The translations under genes were made by a program, and so were the position numbers. Positions 36,605 to 45,900 of a DNA stretch of 64,000 nt are shown one piece after another (the first letter of the stretch is position 1; each line of letters begins with the position of its first letter). The notes beneath the pieces were generated by a model. It did not search any database. It worked only from the letters and a program-made list of their open reading frames with translations, and had not been told where the DNA came from. Origin of the DNA: Gemmatimonadota bacterium (GTDB taxonomy: Bacteria > Gemmatimonadota > Gemmatimonadetes > Palauibacterales > Palauibacteraceae); the NCBI GenBank assembly GCA_022825725.1, contig JAJDWE010000055.1, positions 28,919-92,918 on the forward strand, given 5' to 3'.

Positions 36605-37018
36605 TCACGCGTCCGGAAGTTCGTAGTCGATCGTCAGCGTGTGCGCTCCGTCGCCGTCCACGGCGATCTCGACGGAACCCGTCAGTCCCTTCAGATCGCC
36701 GGTCGCCGACCCCGGCACGATCTGTCCGCCCGTCTGTTCGCGGCCGCTCGCGCTCAACCCCCAGTGCTGCATGACGAACGTCCCCTCCCGTCCGCCGAGC
36801 GCTCCCCGCACGACCTCGCGAGCGATGTAGCCCGCTCCGGCGGTGATGTCCGCCACATCCGCCTGACACATGAGGAGCCGGGCCTCGCTCTCCGCCACGA
36901 GGTCCCCGCCGAACCGCTTCAGGACGGTGGCGTGCGAGAGGGTCGGCCCCCCGTTGCCGGACTCGGGTTCGCCCTGGTCCCAGCCGGTGACCTCGAAAGA
37001 GGCGACCGCGCGCGCCAT
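36605..37018 (-). CDS. DUF3224-like protein
   Basis: ATG 37018 (MARAVASFEVTGWDQ...). The pattern ..ESEARLLMCQ....GAGYIAREVVRGALGGREGTFVMQH.G.....GQIVPGSATGDLKGLTGS resembles the DUF3224 beta-barrel family (from memory). Confidence 0.65.
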   Translation of the reverse strand: MARAVASFEVTGWDQGEPESGNGGPTLSHATVLKRFGGDLVAESEARLLMCQADVADITAGAGYIAREVVRGALGGREGTFVMQHWGLSASGREQTGGQIVPGSATGDLKGLTGSVEIAVDGDGAHTLTIDYELPDA

Positions 37019-37061
37019 GCCGGACTTCTCTGTCGCCGTCCCTGTTGCCGCCGGGCTCTCG

Positions 37062-38429
37062 CTAGAGCTCCGCGACGGCGGTGGACAGGTTGTCGAGGGC
37101 ACGCTGCACGAGCGTGCGCGAGGTCGCGATGTTCATCCGCATGTGCCCCTCGCCGCCGGTCCCGTAGCTGGGCCCGTTGTTGAGATAGATGCGCGCATTC
37201 TCGGCGAGCCAGCGCTGGAGGATGCTCTCCGGCGACACCGGATCCGCGGCCGTCCGGTTCTCGTAGTCCGCCTTCCCCTGCGCGTCGATGCGGTCCATCA
37301 ACCCGCTCATGTCGAGCCACGCGAGGAAGGTGCCCTCCGCCTTCGTGTACTTCACGCCCGGCACGTTGTCGCGAATGTACGACTCGGTGAGGTCGTGGTT
37401 GCCGTCGAGGTAGACGAGGAGCTGGTCGAGCCATTCATCGCCCTCGTTGTTGGCGGCGCGGGCGGCGTACATGCCCAGCGTGCTGAGGTCCGCCCGCGTG
37501 TACTGGCGCAGGCGCGTCATGAAGGAGGGGTTGGTCGAGAAGTACCAGGCGACCTTGTTGGCGGCGAGGCTGAAGGTCTTGCTGTTGGATTTGAAGGTGA
37601 CGCTGTTGTCGGCGATCTTCGGGTCGAGGCTGGCGAACGGCGTGTACTTCTGTCCCTTCGTCACGAAATCGCAGTGGATCTCGTCGGAGAGCACCGGCAC
37701 GCCGTGCTCGAGACAGATCTCGCCCATGCGCGTCATGTCTTCCGCCGACCAGCAGTTTCCGGTCGGGTTCTGCGGGTTGCACAGGATGAAGGCGTGGACC
37801 CGCTGTACGCGGCGCTCGAAATCGTCCCAGTCGATCTCGTAGACGCCGTCGACCACCTTCATCTCGCTGTCCTCGGCCACGTTCCGCGCGAAGCGCAGGT
37901 CCGAGTAGAAGCCGTTGTAGGTCGGGGTCGTCATGAGGACCCGGCTGCCGGGAGGCGCGAAGGTGTGCAGTCCCGCGATGATTCCCGGGTGGACCCCGCT
38001 GGTCCAGACGATCGTCGAGGGGTCGATGTCGAGGTCGTAGCGGCGCTGGTTCCAGGCCACGACGGCATCCGTGAAGGAGCTGTCGCGGTGCTGGTAGCCC
38101 CAGTTCTCGTGCGCGGAGCGCTCGGCGATCGCCTGGGTGATGCACGGCGCGGCGCGGAAGTCCATGTCGGCGATCCCCATGCCGACCTCGATCTCCGGGC
38201 CGAACTGCTCGATGGCGCGGTCCCACTTGACGCAGTCGGTCCCGCGCCGGTCGTAGATCTCGTCGAAGTCGAAATCCTCGCGGGCGGCGAGCCCGGCCGG
38301 GGTGACACCGGTCGCGGCCACCTCGCTCGCGAGCGCCGAACGCGCGCCGACGGCGCCCAGAACGGCGGTGGCTCCCGTGCTCTTGAGAAACGCCCGGCGG
38401 TTCAGACCGTGATTCCGCAGCATTTGCAC
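37062..38429 (-). CDS. Class I/II PLP-dependent aminotransferase, PatB/MalY (C-S lyase)-like, with twin-arginine signal peptide
   Basis: GAGGAGGG SD upstream. The N-terminus MQMLRNHGLNRRAFLKSTGATAVLGAVGARSALA carries the Tat motif RRxFLK. The body is typical of the MalY/PatB subfamily (..CVKWD.., ..GIADMDF.., ..LCNPQNPTGNCW.., ..LSDEIHCDF.., ..FKSNSKTFSLA.. with the PLP Lys, ..MRMNIATSR..). Confidence 0.9.
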   Translation of the reverse strand: MQMLRNHGLNRRAFLKSTGATAVLGAVGARSALASEVAATGVTPAGLAAREDFDFDEIYDRRGTDCVKWDRAIEQFGPEIEVGMGIADMDFRAAPCITQAIAERSAHENWGYQHRDSSFTDAVVAWNQRRYDLDIDPSTIVWTSGVHPGIIAGLHTFAPPGSRVLMTTPTYNGFYSDLRFARNVAEDSEMKVVDGVYEIDWDDFERRVQRVHAFILCNPQNPTGNCWSAEDMTRMGEICLEHGVPVLSDEIHCDFVTKGQKYTPFASLDPKIADNSVTFKSNSKTFSLAANKVAWYFSTNPSFMTRLRQYTRADLSTLGMYAARAANNEGDEWLDQLLVYLDGNHDLTESYIRDNVPGVKYTKAEGTFLAWLDMSGLMDRIDAQGKADYENRTAADPVSPESILQRWLAENARIYLNNGPSYGTGGEGHMRMNIATSRTLVQRALDNLSTAVAEL

Positions 38430-38533
38430 GCCCTCCTCGGATATTTCCCTCGTGGCGGATCGAGGCCGCCAATCCGATTCAGGGTGGTCGAAACATCGCG
38501 CTCAGGCAAGACTCGCGGCGTCTCGGCCGACCG

Positions 38534-39103
38534 TCAGTCGAGGCGCCCGATGCGGGCCGAACTCTCCGCCACGCCGGCTTCGACGCCCGCCTCCCGGTAG
38601 AGGTCCCGGGCCTCCCGCCACAGTGCCCGCGCTTCGTCGTGCTCGCCGAGGGTCTCGCGAAGGATTGCCATCGGTCGCACCGCGTTGGCGAAGTCCAGCG
38701 CCTGGCGGGCAGGGTGCGCCCGGTAAACGGTCAGCGCCTCCGCGTAGCAGCGCTCGGCTTCCCGAGGGTCGCCCGTCTCGCGCAGGACGTCGCCCAGGTG
38801 GCGCACGGTGTGAGCGAGCACAAGCGGATCATCTCCCCGGCGGCAGAGCGGGACGGCTTCGCGATACAGCCGGAGGGCGACATCGAGTCGTCCCCGGCCG
38901 CGTTCGACGTTCGCGCGGCCATGCAGCGCGCGGGCGAGCGCAACCGGATCGTCGTGCTCCCGCGCCAGCGCGACTGCCGCCTTCATGTGCCGCATCGCCT
39001 CGCGCGGCCGGTCCTCCCGCCGCGCGGCCATCCCCCGCAGGACGAGCGACTCGACGACGTGCCGGGGCGCATCGCCGGTTTCCAGGGGAACCCCTTCCGG
39101 CAT
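38534..39103 (-). CDS. TPR repeat protein
   Basis: Four to five repeats of the pattern ..A...H.LG.V.RE.GD..EA...Y.EAL..Y... No signal peptide. The start lies 4 nt after the upstream gene stop. Confidence 0.75.
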   Translation of the reverse strand: MPEGVPLETGDAPRHVVESLVLRGMAARREDRPREAMRHMKAAVALAREHDDPVALARALHGRANVERGRGRLDVALRLYREAVPLCRRGDDPLVLAHTVRHLGDVLRETGDPREAERCYAEALTVYRAHPARQALDFANAVRPMAILRETLGEHDEARALWREARDLYREAGVEAGVAESSARIGRLD

Positions 39104-39107
39104 GGGC

Positions 39108-39689
39108 CTATCCTCCGCGCGGGACCGGAGCCGAAGAGTGGCCGGACAGGATCCGCCACCCTCCCGTCTCGTGGACCCACAGCATCGTCACGGCGCCCCC
39201 GTAGCTGAACTCGAATCCACCCTCCCCGCTGAGGGTGCTCTCAAAGCGGGACCGCACCTGTGCGAGGCCGGGTGCCAGCGGCTCGATGTCCGTCTCCGAG
39301 TACTCCGTCGTGACCCGCATCCCCGGACCGAGATCCGCGAGGGCGGCGCGTACGTCGCCGGCGGACTCGTAGCGCAATTCCCCGTTTTCGTAGAAGCGGA
39401 ACGAGGGTGAGTCCGAATAGAAATCGCCCGCGGCCTCCCAGGCCGACGCGATCCCCATGGCCCGGAACTCCTCGAGAGTCGCCACCACGCTGTCGCGAAT
39501 CGCCTCGGCGTGCGCATCCGTCAACGTCGCGGGAGTCGATTGGCATCCGACGCCGAGCAAGATGGCGAGGCCGGCCAGATACGCGCGTGACGGCGGGCGG
39601 GGGCGATGCGGGTGCGGCTGGAGTCTCACTGGTCCTCCCGTGCAGGGGTTGATCGATTGTGCGGCCGAGGCTGTGGGCCGCTGCAACAT
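39108..39689 (-). CDS. NTF2-like (SnoaL/DUF4440-type) putative lipoprotein
   Basis: Lipobox LLGVGC. The NTF2-like body reads ..IRDSVVATLEEFRAM......FYSDSPSFRFYENGEL....VTMLWVHETGGWRILSGH. The start is ATG 39689 or GTG 39629. The rest of ORF 39108-40337 is rejected because it is antisense to the peptidase gene. Confidence 0.65.
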   Translation of the reverse strand: MLQRPTASAAQSINPCTGGPVRLQPHPHRPRPPSRAYLAGLAILLGVGCQSTPATLTDAHAEAIRDSVVATLEEFRAMGIASAWEAAGDFYSDSPSFRFYENGELRYESAGDVRAALADLGPGMRVTTEYSETDIEPLAPGLAQVRSRFESTLSGEGGFEFSYGGAVTMLWVHETGGWRILSGHSSAPVPRGG

Positions 39690-39758
39690 ATCGCGGGCTG
39701 CTGCAACGCGGATGGGCCCGGCGCGCCGCGCATGCCGCTTGCGGAGGGTCCTCGGGGG

Positions 39759-39774
39759 GGTCCAGCTTTGGACC
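39759..39774. promoter_or_regulatory. Perfect 6-4-6 inverted repeat upstream of the S9 peptidase gene
   Basis: GGTCCA-GCTT-TGGACC lies 33 nt upstream of ATG 39807, in the divergent intergenic region. It could be an operator or a small hairpin. Confidence 0.3.
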
Positions 39775-39806
39775 TTCGCACCGCCCCACCTCGCCCCAGG
39801 AGTTCG

Positions 39807-42356
39807 ATGATGAGGATCCTCCGCAGCCTTCCCGTCTTCTTCGCTCTCGCGTCGGCTGGCGCCGCGCCTCCGCCGCTGGCCGCCCAGGATGAAGAGGAGA
39901 AGGCCGGGCTCGATATCCCGCAGGGGTACATACTGCCCGATGCGACGGTGCAGGATCTCTTCGCGACCGACCCCAACTACGCGACGCTGGACCATGTGAG
40001 TCCGGACGGCGACCACTTCGTCGTCCCGCTCTCCACCGAGCTCTCGACGCTGGCCGAGGTGGGGGAGGAGACGCTCCGCCTCGGGATGCTGGAACTCCGG
40101 GCGCGCACGGACCGCCCGTGGCACCTCGACATCTACGGCCTGTATGGCTTCCGCTTCTATTCGCTGAGCGCGCGCGCCTTTACGGACGTAGATCTGCCGG
40201 AGGGGATCTACGTGAGCGACCTCATGTGGTCGCCGGACGGGTCCCGGCTCGCCTTCCTCGCGCACCTCGAGGAGCGCACGGAGGTCTGGATCGCCGATAC
40301 GGCCGACGGCAGCGTGACGTCGGCCGGCGACGTCCACGTAATCAGCTCCATCGGGACCTCGTCGAGGGGCCAGGGATCCGCGCCCTCCCGCATGCTGCAG
40401 TGGACCGCTTCAGGTTCGCTGCTCACGCTCGCGGAGCCGGCGGACCGCGGATCCTCGCCGCCGGCTCCGGCGCTGCCGTCGGGACCGACGATCCGCCACA
40501 CGCGCGCGGAGGCGACGCCGACGCGCACGATGCCTTTTCTGCTGGAGGACGCGCACGGCGCGGACCTGTTCGAGCACTACACGCGCAGCCAGATCGTGGA
40601 ACTGGCGCCCGGCCGGTCGCCCCGGGCGGTCGGCGAGCCGGGGATGTACGAGTCGCTGTCGGCGAGCCCCGACGGACGTCACGTGATCGCGACGCGCCTC
40701 ACCCGTCCCTTCTCCTACATCGCGAGCTATACCGCCTTCCCGCGCGTCACCGAGGTGCTCGACGTGGAGAGCGGGGATGTGCTCGCCACGCTGGAAGAAC
40801 GCGAACTGCGGGAGAGCGGTCGCGGCGGCGGACCGGGAGGCGGAGGCAGCGACCCGCGCGCATGGTCATGGCGTCCGGATGGGAGCGGGATCTCCTACCT
40901 GCAGCGCGCGGAGGCCGGAGACGACGCGGAGGCCGGCGAAGGCGACGACGGCGAAGACCGTCCCGACCGGGTCATGCTGCTGCGCGCGCCGTTCGATGGC
41001 GATGCGGAGGTCGTGGCGACGAGCGAGGACCGGATCTCGGACGTCACCTACTCCGCGGACGGCCGCCACGCCTTCGCCGCCGTGCGCCGCGGCGGGGATG
41101 CCGCGCTCGTGCACTACGGGCTGGGCGGGAGCGATCCGGAAGGACACACGCTCGTCCCCTTCCACGATCCCGGCGACGCGCTCGAACTCCCGGGTGATCT
41201 CCTCACGGCGCGGAGCGGGAACGGGATCGAGTACGCGTGGGTGTCGTCCGATGGGGGCAGCGCCTACCTGCGCGGCGATGGTTGGAAGGAGGACTTCCGG
41301 CCGCAGCCCTTCGTCGACCGGCTGTCGATCCCCGACGGGGCCACGGAGCGCCTGTTCGAAGGGTTGCGCGACAGCTTCGACCAGCCGCTGGTCCCGCTCG
41401 ACGCCGATCTGGAACGCATGGTCGTGAGCCGGGAAGGGAAGAACACGTTCCCGGACAGCTACCTGTGGACCGGGGACGGCGGGATGGAGAATCTGACGCG
41501 GAACGTGGATCCGTTCCCGCAGCTCACCGCCGCGCGGCGCATCGACTTCGAGTTCACCCGCCGCGACGGGCTCGAGGTCCAGGGGCGGGTGTCGCTGCCC
41601 GTCGACTACGTCGAGGGCTCGCGGGTGCCCGCCATCTTCTGGACCTATCCCCGCGAGTACCGGAGCGAGGACGACTTCGACAACGCGACGATCCGCGCGC
41701 GCAACCTCAACGCGTACACGAATCTGACCTGGCTGCGCTGGTCCGACATCTGGCTCACGCAGGGGTACGCGCTCGTCTATCCCGACATCCCGATCGTCGG
41801 CGAGAACTACAACGACTACTACATCTCGAACATGGTCGACGGTATGTACGCGGCAATCCGCGCAGTCGACGCGCTCGGCGTCGTCGACATGGACCGGATC
41901 GGGCACGGCGGCCACAGCTACGGCGCCTTCGCGACGGCGAACTTCCTCGCCCACACGCCCTTCTTCAAGGCGGGGATCGCGGGGGACGGCGCCTACAACC
42001 GCTCGCTCACGCCGATGGGCTTCCAGGCCGAGCCGCGCGATATCTGGGAGGCGCCCCACGTCTACATGGAGATGTCCCCGTTCTTCAAGGCGGACCAGAT
42101 CAACACCCCGCTCCTGCTCTACCACGGGGCGGACGACAACAACCCGGGCACCTATCCCATCCAGTCGAGGAGGATGATTCAGGCGCTCACGGGGCTCGGG
42201 AAGACGGCGGCGCTGTTCGAGTACCCCTTCGAGTCGCACACGCCGCGCGCGATCGAGAACAACCTCGACATGTGGGCGCGCTGGATCGGCTGGTTCGACC
42301 AGTACGTGAAGGGCGCCGGGAAGGACGACGCGCGCACGACGACCGACTCGCCGTGA
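39807..42356 (+). CDS. Exported S9-family serine peptidase (prolyl oligopeptidase / dipeptidyl aminopeptidase class)
   Basis: AGGAG upstream of ATG 39807. Signal peptide MMRILRSLPVFFALASAGAAPPPLAAQ. N-terminal beta-propeller. C-terminal alpha/beta hydrolase with GGHSYGA (Ser), HGADDNNP (Asp) and FESHT (His). Confidence 0.9.
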   Translation: MMRILRSLPVFFALASAGAAPPPLAAQDEEEKAGLDIPQGYILPDATVQDLFATDPNYATLDHVSPDGDHFVVPLSTELSTLAEVGEETLRLGMLELRARTDRPWHLDIYGLYGFRFYSLSARAFTDVDLPEGIYVSDLMWSPDGSRLAFLAHLEERTEVWIADTADGSVTSAGDVHVISSIGTSSRGQGSAPSRMLQWTASGSLLTLAEPADRGSSPPAPALPSGPTIRHTRAEATPTRTMPFLLEDAHGADLFEHYTRSQIVELAPGRSPRAVGEPGMYESLSASPDGRHVIATRLTRPFSYIASYTAFPRVTEVLDVESGDVLATLEERELRESGRGGGPGGGGSDPRAWSWRPDGSGISYLQRAEAGDDAEAGEGDDGEDRPDRVMLLRAPFDGDAEVVATSEDRISDVTYSADGRHAFAAVRRGGDAALVHYGLGGSDPEGHTLVPFHDPGDALELPGDLLTARSGNGIEYAWVSSDGGSAYLRGDGWKEDFRPQPFVDRLSIPDGATERLFEGLRDSFDQPLVPLDADLERMVVSREGKNTFPDSYLWTGDGGMENLTRNVDPFPQLTAARRIDFEFTRRDGLEVQGRVSLPVDYVEGSRVPAIFWTYPREYRSEDDFDNATIRARNLNAYTNLTWLRWSDIWLTQGYALVYPDIPIVGENYNDYYISNMVDGMYAAIRAVDALGVVDMDRIGHGGHSYGAFATANFLAHTPFFKAGIAGDGAYNRSLTPMGFQAEPRDIWEAPHVYMEMSPFFKADQINTPLLLYHGADDNNPGTYPIQSRRMIQALTGLGKTAALFEYPFESHTPRAIENNLDMWARWIGWFDQYVKGAGKDDARTTTDSP

Positions 42357-42976
42357 AGCCGGCCCGCGCCGCGGCGCTGGGTCTTCTGGCCGGCGTCGTT
42401 GTGGGCGGCGCCGGCGGGGTCGCGCTGGGCGGCTTCGGCGGGTTCGGTCGCGGGAGCGCGGACGGCGGTGCGGCGGCGGACATCCTGGCGGGGCTGGTGG
42501 AGCGGCAGGACGAGCGCCTCGGGCAACTCGCGCAGGCCGCCGACGAATCCGCGCAGCTGCAGCGCGAACTCGCCCTCGCCCTCTTCTACCGCCTGCAGGA
42601 GTTCCGGCGCTTCGGGCTCGAGGGGCAGATCGTGACCTGGGTCGTACCGGGAGCTTCGGCGGGCTCCGCCGACCCGCTGGGCGGCGCTCTGGCCGGCGCC
42701 GTCCGCCTGCCCCAGTTGGCCGTGGACGCGGCGACGCGGGCGGAATGGCGCGCCGTCTCCGAGCGTCTCGCCGCCGTCGGGGCCGAGGTGGACCCCACCG
42801 TGTTCTCCGCCTTCGAGGACGTGCTCGAGTTCGTCGGACGCCGCCCCTGGCCGGGACGCTCGGGGCTGGCGGCGGCCACCGCCTCGGGTTGGGCGGATCC
42901 CGCGACGGTGGAGGCGTGGCTGTCGCTCAACCGGGCCCTCGTCGGCCGCGCGGATGCCATCCTCTCCGGATTCTGA
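42353..42976 (+). CDS. Hypothetical membrane-anchored protein
   Basis: GTG 42353 overlaps the peptidase stop (GTGA). N-terminal hydrophobic Gly-rich segment AAALGLLAGVVVGGAGGVALGG, then a helical body. This is the tail of track ORF 41237-42976, whose upstream part is an overlapping-frame artefact. Confidence 0.5.
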   Translation: MKPARAAALGLLAGVVVGGAGGVALGGFGGFGRGSADGGAAADILAGLVERQDERLGQLAQAADESAQLQRELALALFYRLQEFRRFGLEGQIVTWVVPGASAGSADPLGGALAGAVRLPQLAVDAATRAEWRAVSERLAAVGAEVDPTVFSAFEDVLEFVGRRPWPGRSGLAAATASGWADPATVEAWLSLNRALVGRADAILSGF

Positions 42977-42992
42977 GCGCTCCCCCCGCTTC

Positions 42993-45900
42993 ATGAACCG
43001 CCCCGGCAGCCCGCGGCGAAGGCCCGCGTCGTACCCGTCACGGTCCGCAGGACCCCGGATCGCCAGCCGTAGCGCTTACAGCGTGCTGCTGGCCGCGGCC
43101 GGCGCCTGTGGTCCGACCGACTTCTCCGCTCCCTCGCAGCCGGTGGAGTGGACGGAGGTGCCGGGCGCCCGCTGGCGGCCGTTGGCAGTGGAAGGCGGCG
43201 AGCCCGGGTTCACCTCCGTTCCGCCCTCCTGGTCCGGGGTCGGCTTCGGCAACGTGCTGTCGGATTCGAGCTTCATCGAGAACCAGATGCGGGGCAACGG
43301 CTCGGGAGTGGCGGCGGGCGACGTGAACGGGGATGGCCGGCCGGACCTCTACCTCGCTCGTCTCGAGGGGCCCAACGCCCTCTACCTCAACCTGGGCGAC
43401 TGGCGGTTCCGTGAGGCGGCTGCGGAGAACGGCGTTGCCGCAGGAGACCGGTTCTCGACCGGCGCCACGCTCGTGGACGTGGACGGAGACGGCGACCTCG
43501 ATCTCCTGCTCACCTCCATCGAGGGTCCGAAGTCCCTCTTCCTCAACGACGGAGCGGGGCGATTCGCGGAGGCACCGGCGGCCGGACTCCTGGACTCGCG
43601 GGGAGGGATGTCGAGCGCGCTGGCCGACATCGACGGAGACGGGGATCTCGACCTCTATCTCACGCGTTACAAGAGCCGCTCCGTACTCGATCTCTTTCCC
43701 GGGGACGAGGTCGCCTTCCCCAATACGGTGCGGCGGACGGGGCGGGGGTTCGAGGTCGTGGAGCGCTTCGCCGGCCACTACGAACTCGCGTGGCGGGCGG
43801 ACGGCGTCGTGCGGCTCGAAAGGGGGGAGGCCGACGAACTCTATCTGAACGAGTTCAACGAAGGCGGCGGAGAAGGCGGCGGCGGCTTTCGTCACGTCCC
43901 TTTCTCCTCCGGCGCCTTCCTCGACGCCGACGGCACGCCGCTGGGGGGCGCCCCGACCGAATGGGGGCTGGCGGCCCGCTTCGGGGATCTGGACGACGAC
44001 GGGGACCCGGACCTCTACGTCGCGAACGATCTCCACAGTCCCGACCGGCTGTGGATCAACCGTGGGGACGGCACCTTCCGCCTGCCGCCGCCCCACGCGC
44101 TTCCCATGACGAGCGCTTCCTCGATGGCGGTGGACTTCTCGGACGTCGACCGGGACGGCGACGCGGACGTCTTCGTGCTCGACATGCTGGCCCGCGACTC
44201 GCGCTCAAGGAAAACCCAGGATCCGGTGTCGCGCGTGGAGCACACGCCGCCCGGCGAGGCCTCCGGGGCGCAGCAGGTGAACCGCAACACGCTGCTCGCC
44301 AGCCGAGGGGACGGCACGTGGGCGGAGATCGGGCGCCAGGCGGGGGTCGAGGCGTCCGGGTGGTCGTGGTCGGCGCTCTTCGTCGACGTGGACCTGGACG
44401 GATTCGAGGATCTCCTCATCCCGAACGGCCACATCCGGGACCTCATGGACGCGGACACCCAGATCTCGATCCGGGAGGCCGGGCTCTCCGGCGAGCGCGA
44501 GTCCACCCTCCTTTACCGTCCGCTGCCTTTGCACAACGTGGCCTTCCGGAACCTGGGCGGGACCGGATTCGAGGAGGTGGGGCGCGCGTGGGGCGTGGCG
44601 CCGGAGCCGGACGTGTCGCACGGGGCGGCGCTGGCGGACTTCGACGGAGACGGGGATCTGGACGCGGTCGTGAACCGGCTGGGCAGCCCGGCGCTCCTGC
44701 TGCGCAACGACGCCGCGGCGCCCCGGCTCGCCGTCCGCCTCCGGGGGGAGGCGCCCAACACGGCCGGGGTCGGCGCCATGGTGTGGCTCGAGGTCGAGGG
44801 CCTGCCGCGCCAGACGAAAGAGGTCGCGGCGGGCGGCGGGTATCTCTCGGGTTCGGAGGCGATCGTCTCGTTCGCGATGGGGGACGCCGCCGAGGGCACG
44901 CTGGGCGTGGAGTGGCGTGGCGGAGGCCGGTCGGTCGTGCGCGTCGAGGGCCCGAACCGGCTGTACGAGGTGTTCGAGGCGGAGGCGTCGGAGGCGAGCG
45001 GGGCGGGGACGCCTGCACCGGCACCCACCCCTGCGGCGGCCCCGTGGTTCGAACTGGACGAGAGCTTCGGGCCGATCCACGACGAGCCGCCGTTCGCGGA
45101 GGCGGCGCGGCAGCCGCTCCTCCCGCTGCGGCTGTCCCGGATGGGGCCGAGCGTGGCGTGGCACGACCTGGACGGCGACGGGGACCCCGACCTGCTCATG
45201 AGTTCCGGGGCGAACGCGGCGCCGGTGCTCTTCCGGAACGACGGGGGGACGCTCGTCCGCGTGACGCTGGCCGGGCCGCGGGCGCCCGTCGACCAGACCG
45301 CGGTGATCCCGCTCCCGGCGGCGGACACGGCCCGAGTGCTGCTCGGGCTGTCGAGCTACGAGGCGCCGCCGGCGGAGGTGATGCAGGTGCCGGCCGTCGT
45401 GTCGGCGGCGTGGCCTGCGGGCGCCATGACGAGCGTGGCGGTGACGCCGGTCAACCGCGGCGTCGCGCCGGGGACATCGGGCTCGGTGGGCCCGCTGGCC
45501 GTCGCGGACTACGACCTCGACGGACGGCTCGACCTCTTCGCGGGCTCGCGGGTCATGCCGGGCGGCTACCCGCTTGCCGGCCCCTCCCGGCTCTTCCGCG
45601 GCCGTCCGGGCGGCGGCTTCGAGGAGGACCCGCGGGACGCGTCGGTCTTCGAGCGTCTCGGCATGGTGACCGGCGCCGTGTTCACGGATTACGACACGGA
45701 CGGCGACCCGGACCTCGCGCTCTCCGTCGAGTGGGGCCCCGTCCGGCTGCTGCGGAACGACCGGGGGCGCTTCTCCGACGTCACGGAGGCGATCGGCCTG
45801 TCCGCGCACGCCGGGCGCTGGAACGGCGTGTCCGCGGGCGACTTCGACGGGGACGGTCGTCCGGACCTGGTGGCGATCTCGTGGGGAGACAACACCGAGT

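Noticed and set aside
39690-40337. The N-terminal extension of minus ORF 39108-40337, which would give a 409-aa protein.
   Set aside because: The extension is antisense to the well-supported S9 peptidase gene and to its promoter region. The lipobox-containing N-terminus of the NTF2-like protein sits at 39629-39689.
41237-42352. The first 372 codons of plus ORF 41237-42976.
   Set aside because: It is an alternative frame inside the S9 peptidase gene with Arg/Gly/Pro-rich junk translation. Only the part after GTG 42353, downstream of the peptidase stop, is kept as a separate hypothetical gene.
42954-42992. An upstream ATG (42954) as the start of the FG-GAP/ASPIC protein.
   Set aside because: It would overlap the preceding gene's 3' end by 23 nt. 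ATG 42993 follows the stop at 42976 and still precedes the hydrophobic N-terminal segment. The choice remains uncertain, but it does not change the call.
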